A stretch of DNA of 60,940 nt from an uncultured Thermococci archaeon (GTDB lineage Archaea; Methanobacteriota_B; Thermococci; Methanofastidiosales; B48-G16), in the NCBI GenBank assembly GCA_964595645.1, contig CAZQQT010000012.1, forward strand, positions 1 to 60,940, read 5' to 3'. The translations under genes and the position numbers were made by a program. The notes beneath the pieces were generated by a model that worked only from the letters and a program-made list of their open reading frames with translations, searched no databases and had not been told where the DNA came from. Shown here in pieces: positions 1 to 8,874 of the stretch (within the stretch, counting starts at the first letter, position 1; every line of letters starts with the position of its first letter).

Positions 1-520
1 ACACCCCACACAGGCGTTGCTCGATCTCTACACGATAAAAAAGGAGCTGGGACGGCTGGATGATATTGAAGTTATCATATCAGGTGATATGGGGTTTGAG
101 CGAACAAATCACTCCCTTCTTTATGGTCTAGCAAAATTTGACGATGTCACAGTGCATCTTGCCTGTCCCGAGAATCAGCGATTGCCTCGGGAGTACAAAA
201 GAAATCTGGATAAAATGGACCTGAAATACAACGAAGCTAATAATATCTCAGAATATATTAAAACCGCTGATGTGATATACTCAAATGGAATAGTCCAAGA
301 AAGAGGAATGACGACACCTGATCAATACGTTACCAATGCTAATAAACTAAAAAACGCGAAGGAAGATATGATAGTCATGCACCCACTGCCCAGATTAGAT
401 GAACTTGATGAGGATGTTGACAAGACCCGGCACGCCCGATACTTTGAAGAGGCGAGGTACGGTGTAATTACTCGGATGGCACTACTTACCCTTGTATTTG
501 GTCGAGAAAAAGAATTATAA
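1..520 (+). CDS. pyrB: Aspartate carbamoyltransferase-like transcarbamylase, 5'-truncated by the window edge (divergent substrate loop)
   Basis: Frame from nt 2 reads HPTQALLDLY; also GD..ERTNHSL and HPLPR..E motifs of ATCases. Confidence 0.75.
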   Translation, partial: HPTQALLDLYTIKKELGRLDDIEVIISGDMGFERTNHSLLYGLAKFDDVTVHLACPENQRLPREYKRNLDKMDLKYNEANNISEYIKTADVIYSNGIVQERGMTTPDQYVTNANKLKNAKEDMIVMHPLPRLDELDEDVDKTRHARYFEEARYGVITRMALLTLVFGREKEL

Positions 521-544
521 AAAAATAAATTTTTATTTTTTTAT
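517..544. terminator. A/T-rich 13-bp inverted repeat with poly-T tracts after the pyrB-like gene
   Basis: ataaaaaaataaa-tt-tttatttttttat overlapping and following the stop codon. Confidence 0.45.
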
Positions 545-868
545 TATCTTCTATTTCAACTGTCCTTCTTATTTCCTGTAATTGGCATAATGGATATCCC
601 ATACTCTTTTTTAAGGAATCTGCCAATATCAAACACTGCACTGCTTCTTGCAATAATCCCTCCATGATCTCTTTTAATTTCATGCTATCGAAAAAGTTTT
701 CCTTTGATTTAGTGTATATATCATCATGATCACATCTCTTCCTTTTATTTTGCTTTTCTTGATTAATCGCAGATGCAATAGAAGTAGTGGAGAAAAGGAA
801 TGAAGTGAAATAAAGAATTATTGTAGTGTCCCATAACCATTTTATACTTTCTTTCCCCTTTGTACACA

Positions 869-1441
869 ATGAAAATAAAACCGGAGATCAGGGTCCTGGG
901 AATAGACGACGGTTCGATTGTTGATGACAAAGTATTAGTTGTTGGTGTCGTCTTTCGTGGTGGGTTCTGGATCGACGGTGTGGTATCAACGCATATAGAA
1001 AAAGATGGACTCGATGCCACAGAAAAAATCATTACAATGGTGAATGAAACGAAACATCAAGATCTCCGGGTGATCATGTTCGATGGAGTGACACTGGGGG
1101 GGTTCAACACCATCGATATACAACGGATCACCGAGGAAACGGGACTCGCATGTATCATTGTCATCCGCCGGATGCCTGATATGGAGTCCATCAAACATGC
1201 ACTCACGTATCTCGATCATCCGAAGGAACGAGAAAGGATGATCAACAACGCTGGAAAAGTATATAGGATAGAGTTAAAGGAAGAGAAGGAAATATATTAT
1301 CAATTCTATGGACTTGCACAAAAAGATGCAGAAAAATTGCTACGGATGACCGCTACACACTCCTCACTGCCCGAGCCGGTACGGGTGGCTCATATGGTTG
1401 CCACCGGTGTTGTCCGTGGTGAGGCATCGAGAAAACCATAA
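869..1441 (+). CDS. DUF99/UPF0215 family protein (endonuclease V-like, endonuclease dU)
   Basis: RVLGIDDG, DGLDAT, DGVTLGGFN, LPEPVRVAH motifs. Confidence 0.85.
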   Translation: MKIKPEIRVLGIDDGSIVDDKVLVVGVVFRGGFWIDGVVSTHIEKDGLDATEKIITMVNETKHQDLRVIMFDGVTLGGFNTIDIQRITEETGLACIIVIRRMPDMESIKHALTYLDHPKERERMINNAGKVYRIELKEEKEIYYQFYGLAQKDAEKLLRMTATHSSLPEPVRVAHMVATGVVRGEASRKP

Positions 1442-1473
1442 AAGTATAAAAGAGAAAGAAGTGACTGATAGTT

Positions 1474-2127
1474 ATGTTAAAAAAACTCGTAGGAGAACGT
1501 GCCGCTGAGATTGTGAAAGACGGAGATGTGGTAGGTCTCGGTACGGGCTCGACAACGTTAGAGTTCATTAAAACCCTAGGAAAAAGGATAGAAGATGAAG
1601 AAATGGAAGTCTATGGGATCCCCACCTCGTTTCAGGCTGCAATGGCAGGTATCGAACACAATATACAGATTGTAACACTCGATCAATACACACCTGAGAA
1701 GGCGTTCGATGGAGCGGATGAAGTTGATCCACACAATTTTCTTGTGAAGGGTCGAGGCGCTGCACTCCTTCAGGAAAAAATCATCGATTATACTGCAGAA
1801 GAGTTTTACGTGCTCGTCGATGAGAGTAAGCGAGTGGATATACTGGGAGAACGAGCAAAAATTCCCATCGAGGTACTTCCCACCGCGTGGAATACCGTCC
1901 TCAACAAAATACAAGAGTACTCTCCGGGGCTTCGAATGGCGGAGAAGAAGGACGGCCCCGTGATCACGGATAACGGAAACTTCATTATCGACTGTAAATT
2001 CACCGTTGATGATCCGAAAGTAACGGAGAAAGATCTCAACAATATCCCCGGTGTAATGGAGAATGGCATATTCACGAGAGCATGCACAGTGCTCATGGGC
2101 ACAAAAAATGGGGTGGAGGAATTATGA
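1474..2127 (+). CDS. rpiA: Ribose-5-phosphate isomerase A
   Basis: GLGTGST, DGADEVD, KGRGAALLQEKI, TDNGN. Confidence 0.96.
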   Translation: MLKKLVGERAAEIVKDGDVVGLGTGSTTLEFIKTLGKRIEDEEMEVYGIPTSFQAAMAGIEHNIQIVTLDQYTPEKAFDGADEVDPHNFLVKGRGAALLQEKIIDYTAEEFYVLVDESKRVDILGERAKIPIEVLPTAWNTVLNKIQEYSPGLRMAEKKDGPVITDNGNFIIDCKFTVDDPKVTEKDLNNIPGVMENGIFTRACTVLMGTKNGVEEL

Positions 2128-3095
2128 GTAAATATCTCGTGTTTAATCCCTTTGGTGCCTTTGTGATACAGGACAATGAGATTATCGATAGAGTGTTTTT
2201 TGAGGATCCGATGAACCCTCTTGAGGACATCAAAACCCTCTACCGCCATCATCCCGAGGCTGTATTTGAACATAAGGAAACTGCAGAGGAACTCAACGCC
2301 GAGCACGAGTTCCCCAACCCAGGAGGAAGGTACCTGCGGAGGAATATCGACTCCATCATGAAACTGGACAACGAGTACTACATCGACCTTGCAAAAGAGA
2401 AAATCAAAGAAGCATCGGCACACAAAGACAAAGTAATAATCCAGAGTGTGCAGGCACTTGAACAGCTCGATGAGATGTTAAACCTTTTTTCCGAGAGACT
2501 TAGAGAATGGTATGGTCTCTACTTTCCAGAACTGTGTGATAGAGTTGAGGATCATGTACGGTTTGCAGAGCTGGTAAAGGAGGGCGAACGGAAGGAAAAG
2601 AGTATGGGCGCAGACTTGGATGAGAAAGATGTGGACATGATAAAGGTGTTCGCATCTGAACTCCTGGAGATGTACTCCTTTAGAGAAGAACTCGTAGCGT
2701 ACATCGAAGAAAACACGAGAAAACTCGCGCCAAATACTTCACACTTGATCAATCCCCTTCTCACCGCAAAGTTAATCTCTCTGGCAGGGGGATTCGAAGA
2801 CATTGCAAAACTTCCAGCATCGACAATTCAGCTGTTGGGTGCAGAGTCCGCACTGTTCAGACACCTGCGAAAGGGCTCAAAACCACCGAAACACGGCATT
2901 ATCTTTCAAGACCCACGAGTACACACCGCACCAAAGAAACAGCGAGGGAAAATCGCACGGAGTCTTGCCTCGAAGATCGCCATCGCAGTAAAACTCGATG
3001 TGTACTCCGGAAAGTACGAGGAGAGTATCAGCGCGGATTTCGAAAAGCGGCTCAAAAACATCCGGGAGAAATACATGAGGGAACACCATGGTTGA
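2124..3095 (+). CDS. nop5: C/D box sRNP protein Nop5/Nop56
   Basis: ERLREWYGLYFPEL, PASTIQLLGAE, PKHGIIF; adjacent to fibrillarin. Confidence 0.93.
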   Translation: MSKYLVFNPFGAFVIQDNEIIDRVFFEDPMNPLEDIKTLYRHHPEAVFEHKETAEELNAEHEFPNPGGRYLRRNIDSIMKLDNEYYIDLAKEKIKEASAHKDKVIIQSVQALEQLDEMLNLFSERLREWYGLYFPELCDRVEDHVRFAELVKEGERKEKSMGADLDEKDVDMIKVFASELLEMYSFREELVAYIEENTRKLAPNTSHLINPLLTAKLISLAGGFEDIAKLPASTIQLLGAESALFRHLRKGSKPPKHGIIFQDPRVHTAPKKQRGKIARSLASKIAIAVKLDVYSGKYEESISADFEKRLKNIREKYMREHHG

Positions 3096-3720
3096 GAATA
3101 TCAGGAGAGAAAACGAAAAGATATATACAAAAAATCGTGTCCCTGGAGAATCAGTGTACGGTGAGAAGCTCATTTCTGTAGAGGACGAGGAGTACCGGTA
3201 CTGGGATCCCTCGCGATCGAAGCTCTCTGCCGCGTTACTGAATGGGCTCTCCGACCTTCCACTCAAAAAAGACTCGAAGGTGCTGTATCTGGGGGCTGCC
3301 TCAGGTACAACGGCCTCGCACGTCTCTGATATCGTAGAGAATGGGCGAGTATACTGTGTCGAGTTCTCACCCAGAGCGATACGGAAGCTTATTGGACTGT
3401 GTGAAACAAGGAAAAACATGTTTCCTATTCTCGAGGATGCAAACCATCCGGAAAAGTACGCTCATTTAGTTGAAGAGGTCGATTTCCTCTATCAAGATAT
3501 CGCACAACCGAACCAGACGGAGATACTGATCAAAAACATGGAGTTTCTCAAAGGGCACGGCGCCATCTGTATCAAAGCACGGAGTATCGATGTCACCATC
3601 CCTCCAGAGAAAATATTTAAGAGGGAAAAGAAGAACCTTCGGGATCACGTTGAGATTCTTGAGACACTCACGCTGGATCCATACGTGAAAGACCACGCCT
3701 TCTTCCTTTTCAGGAAATAA
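3088..3720 (+). CDS. flpA: Fibrillarin-like rRNA/tRNA 2'-O-methyltransferase
   Basis: VYGE, RSKL, VLYLGAASGTTASHVSD, DIAQPNQ. Confidence 0.96.
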   Translation: MVENIRRENEKIYTKNRVPGESVYGEKLISVEDEEYRYWDPSRSKLSAALLNGLSDLPLKKDSKVLYLGAASGTTASHVSDIVENGRVYCVEFSPRAIRKLIGLCETRKNMFPILEDANHPEKYAHLVEEVDFLYQDIAQPNQTEILIKNMEFLKGHGAICIKARSIDVTIPPEKIFKREKKNLRDHVEILETLTLDPYVKDHAFFLFRK

Positions 3721-4402
3721 CAATTCTCTTCCTTTTCTTTCCCTTATTTATTACATCTATAATGGTAATTTCCCCTATCTCTTCTGTGTTTTTCACGTGC
3801 GTACCCCCGCAAGCGTCGACATCGAAATCCTCGATCTCCACGAGACGTATCTCTTTCACGAAATCGGGAATCATGTCCAATCGTGTCTTGTCATCGACCA
3901 TCGTTTCTGCCTTTTTTCTCGATACGATGTGAGTAGTCACGGGTCTACCCTCCCCAATAATTTCATTGGTCTTCTTCTCTATTTGTTCTGTGTCGTCGAT
4001 TTCCTCGAGATCGAAATCGATTCGTGCCTTGGTGGGATGGATCTGGTTTCCAGCAACCATACCGCCGTAGAGATCAAATACCACCCTGCTCAACACGTGC
4101 AATGCTGTATGGTACTTCATCATAGGGTATCTTCGCTCCCAATCGATGTTTCCCATGACTGTGTCTCCTTCGTAAAGTATGCCGTCAACTTTATGGAGCA
4201 CGTCTCCCTTTCTTTTCTTTACCTTCGACACAGTGAATACTTCGTCATCCCGTTTCAGTGTGCCTTTATCACAGTCCTGTCCCCCTGCCTGAGGATAAAA
4301 ACACGTCCTATTGAGAACTGCATAATTATTTTCAACGGCTGAAATCTCTGCATTGAACTCCTTCCTATACGAATCTTCGAGATATAAAAGTTTTGTGCTC
4401 AT
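3710..4402 (-). CDS. alaX: AlaX-type alanyl-tRNA editing protein
   Basis: LYLEDSY, FYPQAGGQ, HTALH, CGGTH zinc motifs. Confidence 0.92.
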   Translation of the reverse strand: MSTKLLYLEDSYRKEFNAEISAVENNYAVLNRTCFYPQAGGQDCDKGTLKRDDEVFTVSKVKKRKGDVLHKVDGILYEGDTVMGNIDWERRYPMMKYHTALHVLSRVVFDLYGGMVAGNQIHPTKARIDFDLEEIDDTEQIEKKTNEIIGEGRPVTTHIVSRKKAETMVDDKTRLDMIPDFVKEIRLVEIEDFDVDACGGTHVKNTEEIGEITIIDVINKGKKRKRIVIS

Positions 4403-4454
4403 ATAAATGATATTGTGCATAAATTATTTAAAGTTTGTCGTGAGAACCATACAT

Positions 4455-5186
4455 ATGATAGATCTTCACACATTCAAAGATGTCGATTTAAAAGGTGGTA
4501 TGGTGATAGTGGGACATCCCTCCGTGGGGATGATCTCAAGTATTGCAGCGAGCTACCTTGTAGACAAGCTCGATCTCGATCAAGTGGCTGCGTTCGATTC
4601 TGCAAGGTTCCCTCCAATCTCCCTTATATTCAACAACAAGCCGAAATGTCCGGCACGGATTTATGCCCGGGAAGATATAAACGTTGCAGTAATTGTCTCG
4701 GAGTTTGTCCCATCCCCTCTCGTCATACGGCCACTGGCTCGAAAGATCTTGGACTGGTCGAAAGAGAAGGGATGTGAAAAAATAATCAGTCTTGAAGGGC
4801 TGGTGAGCAGAGGTGATGGTGAAGAGATAGGCGTATACTATGTTACTTCGCTCGATGAAGAAGCAGAGAAAATGAAAAAAATGAATATACAAGCGGAGCC
4901 GCTGAATATAGGAATGATCACCGGTGTCTCTGCCATTCTTCTTAACGAGGGGAGAATGAATAACGTGAACGTCATCAATCTCCTTGGTGAGGCGCGAAAG
5001 GACCTTCCTGACTCCGAAGCTGCTGCGAAACTGGTACAGACCATCGATCAGATGCTTCCTGAGATAGAGATAGACATTGTTCCTCTTCTAGAAGATGCCA
5101 AGAGACTCGAGGAGAGAATGGAACGATTGAAAAAACAGGCGACTCCTGCAAAGATACCGGTGAAAGAAACGGCAATGTACAGATAG
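4455..5186 (+). CDS. PAC2-family proteasome assembly chaperone
   Basis: VGHPSVGMISSIAASYL, PARIY, PDSEAAA. Confidence 0.85.
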   Translation: MIDLHTFKDVDLKGGMVIVGHPSVGMISSIAASYLVDKLDLDQVAAFDSARFPPISLIFNNKPKCPARIYAREDINVAVIVSEFVPSPLVIRPLARKILDWSKEKGCEKIISLEGLVSRGDGEEIGVYYVTSLDEEAEKMKKMNIQAEPLNIGMITGVSAILLNEGRMNNVNVINLLGEARKDLPDSEAAAKLVQTIDQMLPEIEIDIVPLLEDAKRLEERMERLKKQATPAKIPVKETAMYR

Positions 5187-5237
5187 AGAGTGAGAAAAAT
5201 ATATAAATGAAAGAACAGTGGATCATATGGTGATATA

Positions 5238-5468
5238 ATGGAAGAAGTAGGTGAAGTGTTCAAGTATTTCTCGCATGTTGGTGTCGCAGGAATAAATGTC
5301 ACAGGTGAGATCGCAACAGGAGACGAAATAAGAATAGGAGATCTGGAATTTACTGTGAATTCCATGGAAATAGACAGAGAGAAGGTAGAAAATGCTGGGC
5401 CTGGAGACTCTATTGGAATAAAAACTCCGGAAAAAGTGAACGAAGGAGAAAAGGTATATAAACTCTAG
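5238..5468 (+). CDS. Small translation elongation factor domain-2-like beta-barrel protein
   Basis: VGEV..YFS.VGVA...GD.I.I...V.SME.....V..A..GD.IGIK....V.EG..VY pattern. Confidence 0.75.
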   Translation: MEEVGEVFKYFSHVGVAGINVTGEIATGDEIRIGDLEFTVNSMEIDREKVENAGPGDSIGIKTPEKVNEGEKVYKL

Positions 5469-6490
5469 AATTCCATTGCCTCGATCTCTTCCAGCATCAC
5501 ATCCACTGGATTTTCCATCTTTTTTAATACATTTCTCACATCTTGTTTGTAGGATGGTGTCATGAACTCTTCTGCTGTCTTCCAGAGCTTACGGGGCTCA
5601 AGAGTATGATCCTTTATTCCAAGATCGATCAGGAACTCTGTCACCGCCAAAAGATCGCCAGGGAACGCCGAGATAGCTGGGGTCTGTAGTGAAATTGCTT
5701 CTCGGTTCATTGACCCTCCTGCACTCACGACCAGGTCTGCGTGATGGATGAGGCTCAGAGAATCTATTGCTTTTTCTGGAATCCGCACATTCTCAAAATC
5801 AAACTGGCTCTTCTGCTCTTCAGAACGAGGAAATACCACAAAATTTGCATCCATTGGAGAATCAGCGATGATATCTCGTATCACAGAGTGATCTCTGTTT
5901 CCATAGTAATAATTGGCCTTGACAGGTTCAGGTCTCATAACAATCAGGGGATCCTCGCACCTGAACTCGTCGATCACATGATTATCCGGTACAAAGTCCC
6001 GCACATGCGCAAGCTCGGAGATACCATAGTACTGCCTCACATTCTCCCTTGCAACGCCGTATTTTGTGATTTTCTCTAACGGTATTGCTTCTGGGGTGAT
6101 GACTTTGGTAGAAAGAGGTAGCATTAATTTATTTTGAGCTTCAGCAACCTCATTGTCCACTGCGCAAATTGAGGGTATGTTCAATCCATAACTTACTCTA
6201 GACGCCTCAACAGAATGTTTGTACAGCGCTAAGTCTGGTGATTCCTTTGAAATTATCTCTGTCAGTTCCAAAATTCTTTTTGAGCTCTCAATCAGTTTAT
6301 CTCTTAAAGAAAATCCCCCATGGTTCCCTGCTAGAGTATATTCTATATTGAGAAGATTGAGGATTTCCTGGACAGAATCAAAATTACGAGCCGTTACGAT
6401 GGTTTCATGACCCTTAGACTCCAGTTCTTTTATTACATTTTTAAAAAAATGAATATGCGGTGCATTTGAAATATCTATCCAGATTTTCAT
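5465..6490 (-). CDS. DUF354 family GT-B glycosyltransferase-like protein
   Basis: MKIWIDISNAPHIHFFK, DNE, AGGSMNREA. Confidence 0.85.
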   Translation of the reverse strand: MKIWIDISNAPHIHFFKNVIKELESKGHETIVTARNFDSVQEILNLLNIEYTLAGNHGGFSLRDKLIESSKRILELTEIISKESPDLALYKHSVEASRVSYGLNIPSICAVDNEVAEAQNKLMLPLSTKVITPEAIPLEKITKYGVARENVRQYYGISELAHVRDFVPDNHVIDEFRCEDPLIVMRPEPVKANYYYGNRDHSVIRDIIADSPMDANFVVFPRSEEQKSQFDFENVRIPEKAIDSLSLIHHADLVVSAGGSMNREAISLQTPAISAFPGDLLAVTEFLIDLGIKDHTLEPRKLWKTAEEFMTPSYKQDVRNVLKKMENPVDVMLEEIEAMEF

Positions 6491-6765
6491 ACTGATTGTA
6501 CTACTGTGGTGTGCATTTTAAGCTTTTCGGGAATAATTGTTAAAAATGAAAATTGAAACTAATTTTTATTCTATCCTTTTACATAAAAAACACACACTAA
6601 CACTTTCAAACGATTTTAGAATCTTTGAAAAAACATTTTTTAGAAAAAAAAGGTTTTTTATACAATAAAAACTGAAAAGGTAGCAATAATGCTTTTTATC
6701 AATATGAATAGAAAAAAATAAAAAGAAGGTGTCGTACGGTATATCAAAAAATAGGAGGGAATAAA

Positions 6766-7170
6766 ATGAAGTATGAAATAGAAAAAATTGAGTATTTTCC
6801 AGTGTTTAAGTTAGTACTAACGATATGCCTCATACTGGGGATTGTCTTTGGAATTATCCTCGGTGCGATGATGGGAATGGGTATCGGCTCCTTTTCGGGG
6901 TATCCCGGGATGGGTAGACTTGGCATAGGCGCTGCTGGAGGTGCACTTGGAGTAATAATCGGTGTAGTTTCGGGTATCTTATGGGCGATTATGGCGGGTA
7001 TTGTCTCTTTAATCTACGTCTTTCTGTACAATCTAGCCGCCGGCCTCGTAGGAGGTATAGAAGTACGGCTTGAAGGAGAGGAACTCTCACGAATCTGCCC
7101 CAACTGCGGATCCATGCTTGAGAGAGATGCCACGTACTGTCCCGACTGTGGTGAAAAGGTGAAGCTATGA
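6766..7170 (+). CDS. DUF3566-like membrane protein with C-terminal zinc ribbon
   Basis: Two TM helices, LYNLAAGLVGGIEV, CPNCG..CPDCG; GGAGG RBS. Confidence 0.65.
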   Translation: MKYEIEKIEYFPVFKLVLTICLILGIVFGIILGAMMGMGIGSFSGYPGMGRLGIGAAGGALGVIIGVVSGILWAIMAGIVSLIYVFLYNLAAGLVGGIEVRLEGEELSRICPNCGSMLERDATYCPDCGEKVKL

Positions 7171-7925
7171 AATGTGCGGCGTGCGGAACTGAGAATACCA
7201 CTGATAGTTCATTCTGTGTGAACTGCGGATCGCGACTCACAGAAAAAAATCACCCTACCTTTGACATCGAACACAGACCGGCATATACACTCCTCAAAAT
7301 GTATCTTGAAAGTAGTGAGGAAATCGTGGGAGAGGCCGGCGCCATGGTCTACATGAGTCCAACAATTGAGGTTGAAACAGAGATGAGGGGGGGATTGCTC
7401 AGCGGACTCAAAAGAAAGGTGTTGGGCGGAGAGTCCCTCTTCATGAATACATTCAAAGCCTCTGGCGGAAAAGGAACGGTTGCCTTTGCCCCGGGATACC
7501 CCGGTGACATTGTACATCTCGATCTGAGTAATGATGGCTGGGTCGCCCAAGGAGGAGCGTTCATTGCCTCTTCACCCTCTGTAAACATTGATACGGAGTT
7601 TCAGGGATTGAAAGGCTTCGTCTCAAGAGAAGGACTTTTCTTTTTAAAATTTGAAGGGTATGGTGATCTCTTCCTTTCTTCCTTCGGTGCTCTTTCCGCT
7701 TTTGACCTCGACGGAAACGAGTGTGTGGTGGATACCGGACACTTGGTCGCCTTTGAAAAAGGAATTGACTACAAAATAAAACGGATTGGTGGCCTCAAAT
7801 CTACGTTCTTGAGTGGAGAAGGCCTTGTCGCAACATTATGGGGACACGGAAAAGTGTTGATCCAGACAAGAAGTCCTCAGACGTTTTCTTCGTGGATCTA
7901 CCCATTTCTTCCAAAAAAAGATTAA
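7167..7925 (+). CDS. TIGR00266/AIM24 family protein with N-terminal zinc ribbon
   Basis: CAACG..FCVNCG; EAGAMVYM, GGESLF, VDTGHLVAF, SGEGLV, QTRS. Confidence 0.85.
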   Translation: MKCAACGTENTTDSSFCVNCGSRLTEKNHPTFDIEHRPAYTLLKMYLESSEEIVGEAGAMVYMSPTIEVETEMRGGLLSGLKRKVLGGESLFMNTFKASGGKGTVAFAPGYPGDIVHLDLSNDGWVAQGGAFIASSPSVNIDTEFQGLKGFVSREGLFFLKFEGYGDLFLSSFGALSAFDLDGNECVVDTGHLVAFEKGIDYKIKRIGGLKSTFLSGEGLVATLWGHGKVLIQTRSPQTFSSWIYPFLPKKD

Positions 7926-7935
7926 TTTATTTTTT

Positions 7936-8874
7936 CTATTTTTTTACTATCTTTACTGTCACTGCAACTACAGCGACTATTGCAGCCACGAGCGCGCCCA
8001 ACACGACAGGATTGGTACTTGAAGGTTCAGAGGTTGTAGGGGGAGAAGTCGTGGTGGGTGCCGTAGTTGTTGGAGCCACAGTAGTAGGTACGGTAGTTGA
8101 TGGTGGTGCAGTGGTCGTTGGTGCGGCTGTCGTGGTAGGGGGAGGTGTCTCACACTTCGTAATCCATTCCTCGCATGTAGCCACCATGTCTCCATCATCG
8201 AGCTCCTTGAACAGTGATTTTGCCTCCTCAAACTCCTCCTTTGCACTATCACGATCGTCAGAATCAAAATATGAGATACCATTGTTCAGATGAATGTATG
8301 CGTCACACCGTGTAATTTCCGTGAGACAGCGTTGAGCACGTGTTTTATCTGTGTACTTCAAAAAATATGATTTCGCTTCCTGATATTTTTCCTTTGCCTC
8401 CTGATATTTTTCTTCGTTGTAGAGAGACTCCGCCTGGTTAAAACGTAATAATCCATGGTTTCTCACGTGTATCTCCACATAAAATGGACCTTGCGGAGCA
8501 AAGGGGACGCAGCCTCCTGCACATGTCCCTTTTTTTCCAGACACGATAATGGGAATCGTGAACAGGATATTTTCTGTATCCGCACTCATTTTTATCTTTA
8601 TTTTCCCGTTAACAGAAGCATCGGTAGCGATAATCTCCCATGTAGGTTCTGAAAGAATAGTGAAATGCTCTATCTCATCTCCCAGCAGTTCAACATCAAC
8701 TATCGCTCTACAGTCCTGCAATTTTGTTCCTGAAGTGTTTGTTATTTCCAGTGATATCTCCACTCTTTCATTGGGTTCTATCTGGATTCTCTCAGGACAT
8801 GATACCTCTACTATCGCTGCATGCGTCGTGCTAAAACACGCCAGTAATATTAACAGTAGTACCGCTTTTTTCAT
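7936..8874 (-). CDS. Secreted/surface protein: signal peptide, Ig-like domain, TPR helices, Thr/Pro linker, C-terminal TM anchor
   Basis: MKKAVLLLILL signal; YQEAKEKYQEAK; PTTTAAP repeats; hydrophobic tail ending KIVKK. Confidence 0.7.
   Translation of the reverse strand: MKKAVLLLILLACFSTTHAAIVEVSCPERIQIEPNERVEISLEITNTSGTKLQDCRAIVDVELLGDEIEHFTILSEPTWEIIATDASVNGKIKIKMSADTENILFTIPIIVSGKKGTCAGGCVPFAPQGPFYVEIHVRNHGLLRFNQAESLYNEEKYQEAKEKYQEAKSYFLKYTDKTRAQRCLTEITRCDAYIHLNNGISYFDSDDRDSAKEEFEEAKSLFKELDDGDMVATCEEWITKCETPPPTTTAAPTTTAPPSTTVPTTVAPTTTAPTTTSPPTTSEPSSTNPVVLGALVAAIVAVVAVTVKIVKK
8020..8150 (-). repeat. Thr/Pro-rich coding repeat (PTTTA-type linker)
   Basis: Translated PPPTTTAAPTTTAPPSTTVPTTVAPTTTAPTTT. 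Confidence 0.7.

Noticed and set aside
486-869. 127-aa minus-strand ORF in the AT-rich gap after pyrB
   Set aside because: No recognisable motif; it runs through the terminator-like repeat and overlaps pyrB. At most a degraded remnant
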